Assembly (NCBI RefSeq): GCF_000015225.1
Contig: NC_008698.1
Location: 1-32,000, forward strand
DNA: 32,000 nt
Direction of reading: 5' to 3'
Source: Thermofilum pendens Hrk 5
GTDB lineage: Archaea; Thermoproteota; Thermoprotei; Thermofilales; Thermofilaceae
In this document: in pieces, positions 31,935 through 32,000 of the stretch
How the letters are laid out: every line of letters starts with the position of its first letter
Position numbering within the stretch: the first letter of the stretch is position 1
The notes under the pieces: generated by a model
Databases searched by the model: none
Seen by the model: the letters and a program-made list of their open reading frames with translations, nothing else
Told to the model about the DNA's origin: nothing
Made by a program: the position numbers and the translations under genes

Positions 31935-32000
31935 ATGCACGAAGACGACGTGAAGCTGGTACTCGGGAAAGCGGGTTCTCTGGGCGTACAGTTCGCCGAG
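31935..32000 (+). CDS. possible 5' end of a CDS running off the window
   Basis: ATG 31935 opens MHEDDVKLVLGKAGSLGVQFAE... to the window edge. CATAAAG lies about 22 nt upstream. Too short to assess. Confidence 0.2.
   Translation, partial: MHEDDVKLVLGKAGSLGVQFAE

Noticed and set aside
1-32000. Scan for CRISPR arrays, IS/transposase or integrase genes, rRNA and tRNA genes
   Set aside because: I found no regularly spaced direct repeats, no transposase- or integrase-like ORF, and no rRNA- or tRNA-like sequence. The window reads as core chromosome rather than a mobile island.

Overview
Gene-dense, GC-rich chromosomal segment. It looks like a hyperthermophilic crenarchaeon (Desulfurococcales/Pyrodictiaceae-like). 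This is inferred from AGG/AGA-Arg and ATA-Ile codon use, many GTG/TTG starts, A/T-rich TATA boxes centred about 26 nt upstream of start codons (leaderless mRNAs), 4-nt ATGA gene overlaps, and archaeal protein families. I support about 45 protein genes. They include PAP2 phosphatase, M42 aminopeptidase, an alpha/beta-hydrolase plus MFS pair, a complete ECF transporter (S-T-A-A), a transglutaminase-like protein and a Zn-lid adenylate kinase. Also present are a NitT/TauT-type ABC importer with a stand-alone AAA-associated domain protein, and an Lrp / DNPH1-like / CinA-like / cupin cluster. A chain of overlapping minus-strand genes encodes a DsbA-like oxidoreductase, a second ECF S-component, DUF4430 and a DUF4443-like wHTH protein. 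The rest comprises an alanine-aminotransferase-like enzyme, VapBC, an NAD-dependent epimerase, a HExxH metallopeptidase, a CYTH enzyme in a three-gene operon, an atypical thioredoxin-reductase-like flavoprotein, an AmmeMemoRadiSam radical SAM enzyme and a dual-specificity-phosphatase-HD fusion. I found no rRNA, tRNA, CRISPR array, transposase or integrase. Signals not explained by the ORF track: (1) a box C/D sRNA with textbook archaeal spacing at 10503-10551 (minus), and a weaker second candidate at 13681-13734; (2) a palindromic operator TTGGA-N6-TCCAA placed identically between TATA box and GTG start in two promoters (ECF S-component gene and DUF4430 gene); (3) a perfect 11-bp inverted repeat bracketing the TATA box of the TrxR-like gene. 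The best candidates for uncharacterised systems are the two-small-protein plus CYTH operon with a divergent tandem-wHTH gene, the DNPH1-like/CinA-like/cupin operon, and the operator-controlled ECF-S/DUF4430/wHTH module. None of these can be shown to be novel from sequence alone. All family assignments rest on motifs I read directly, with no database search.
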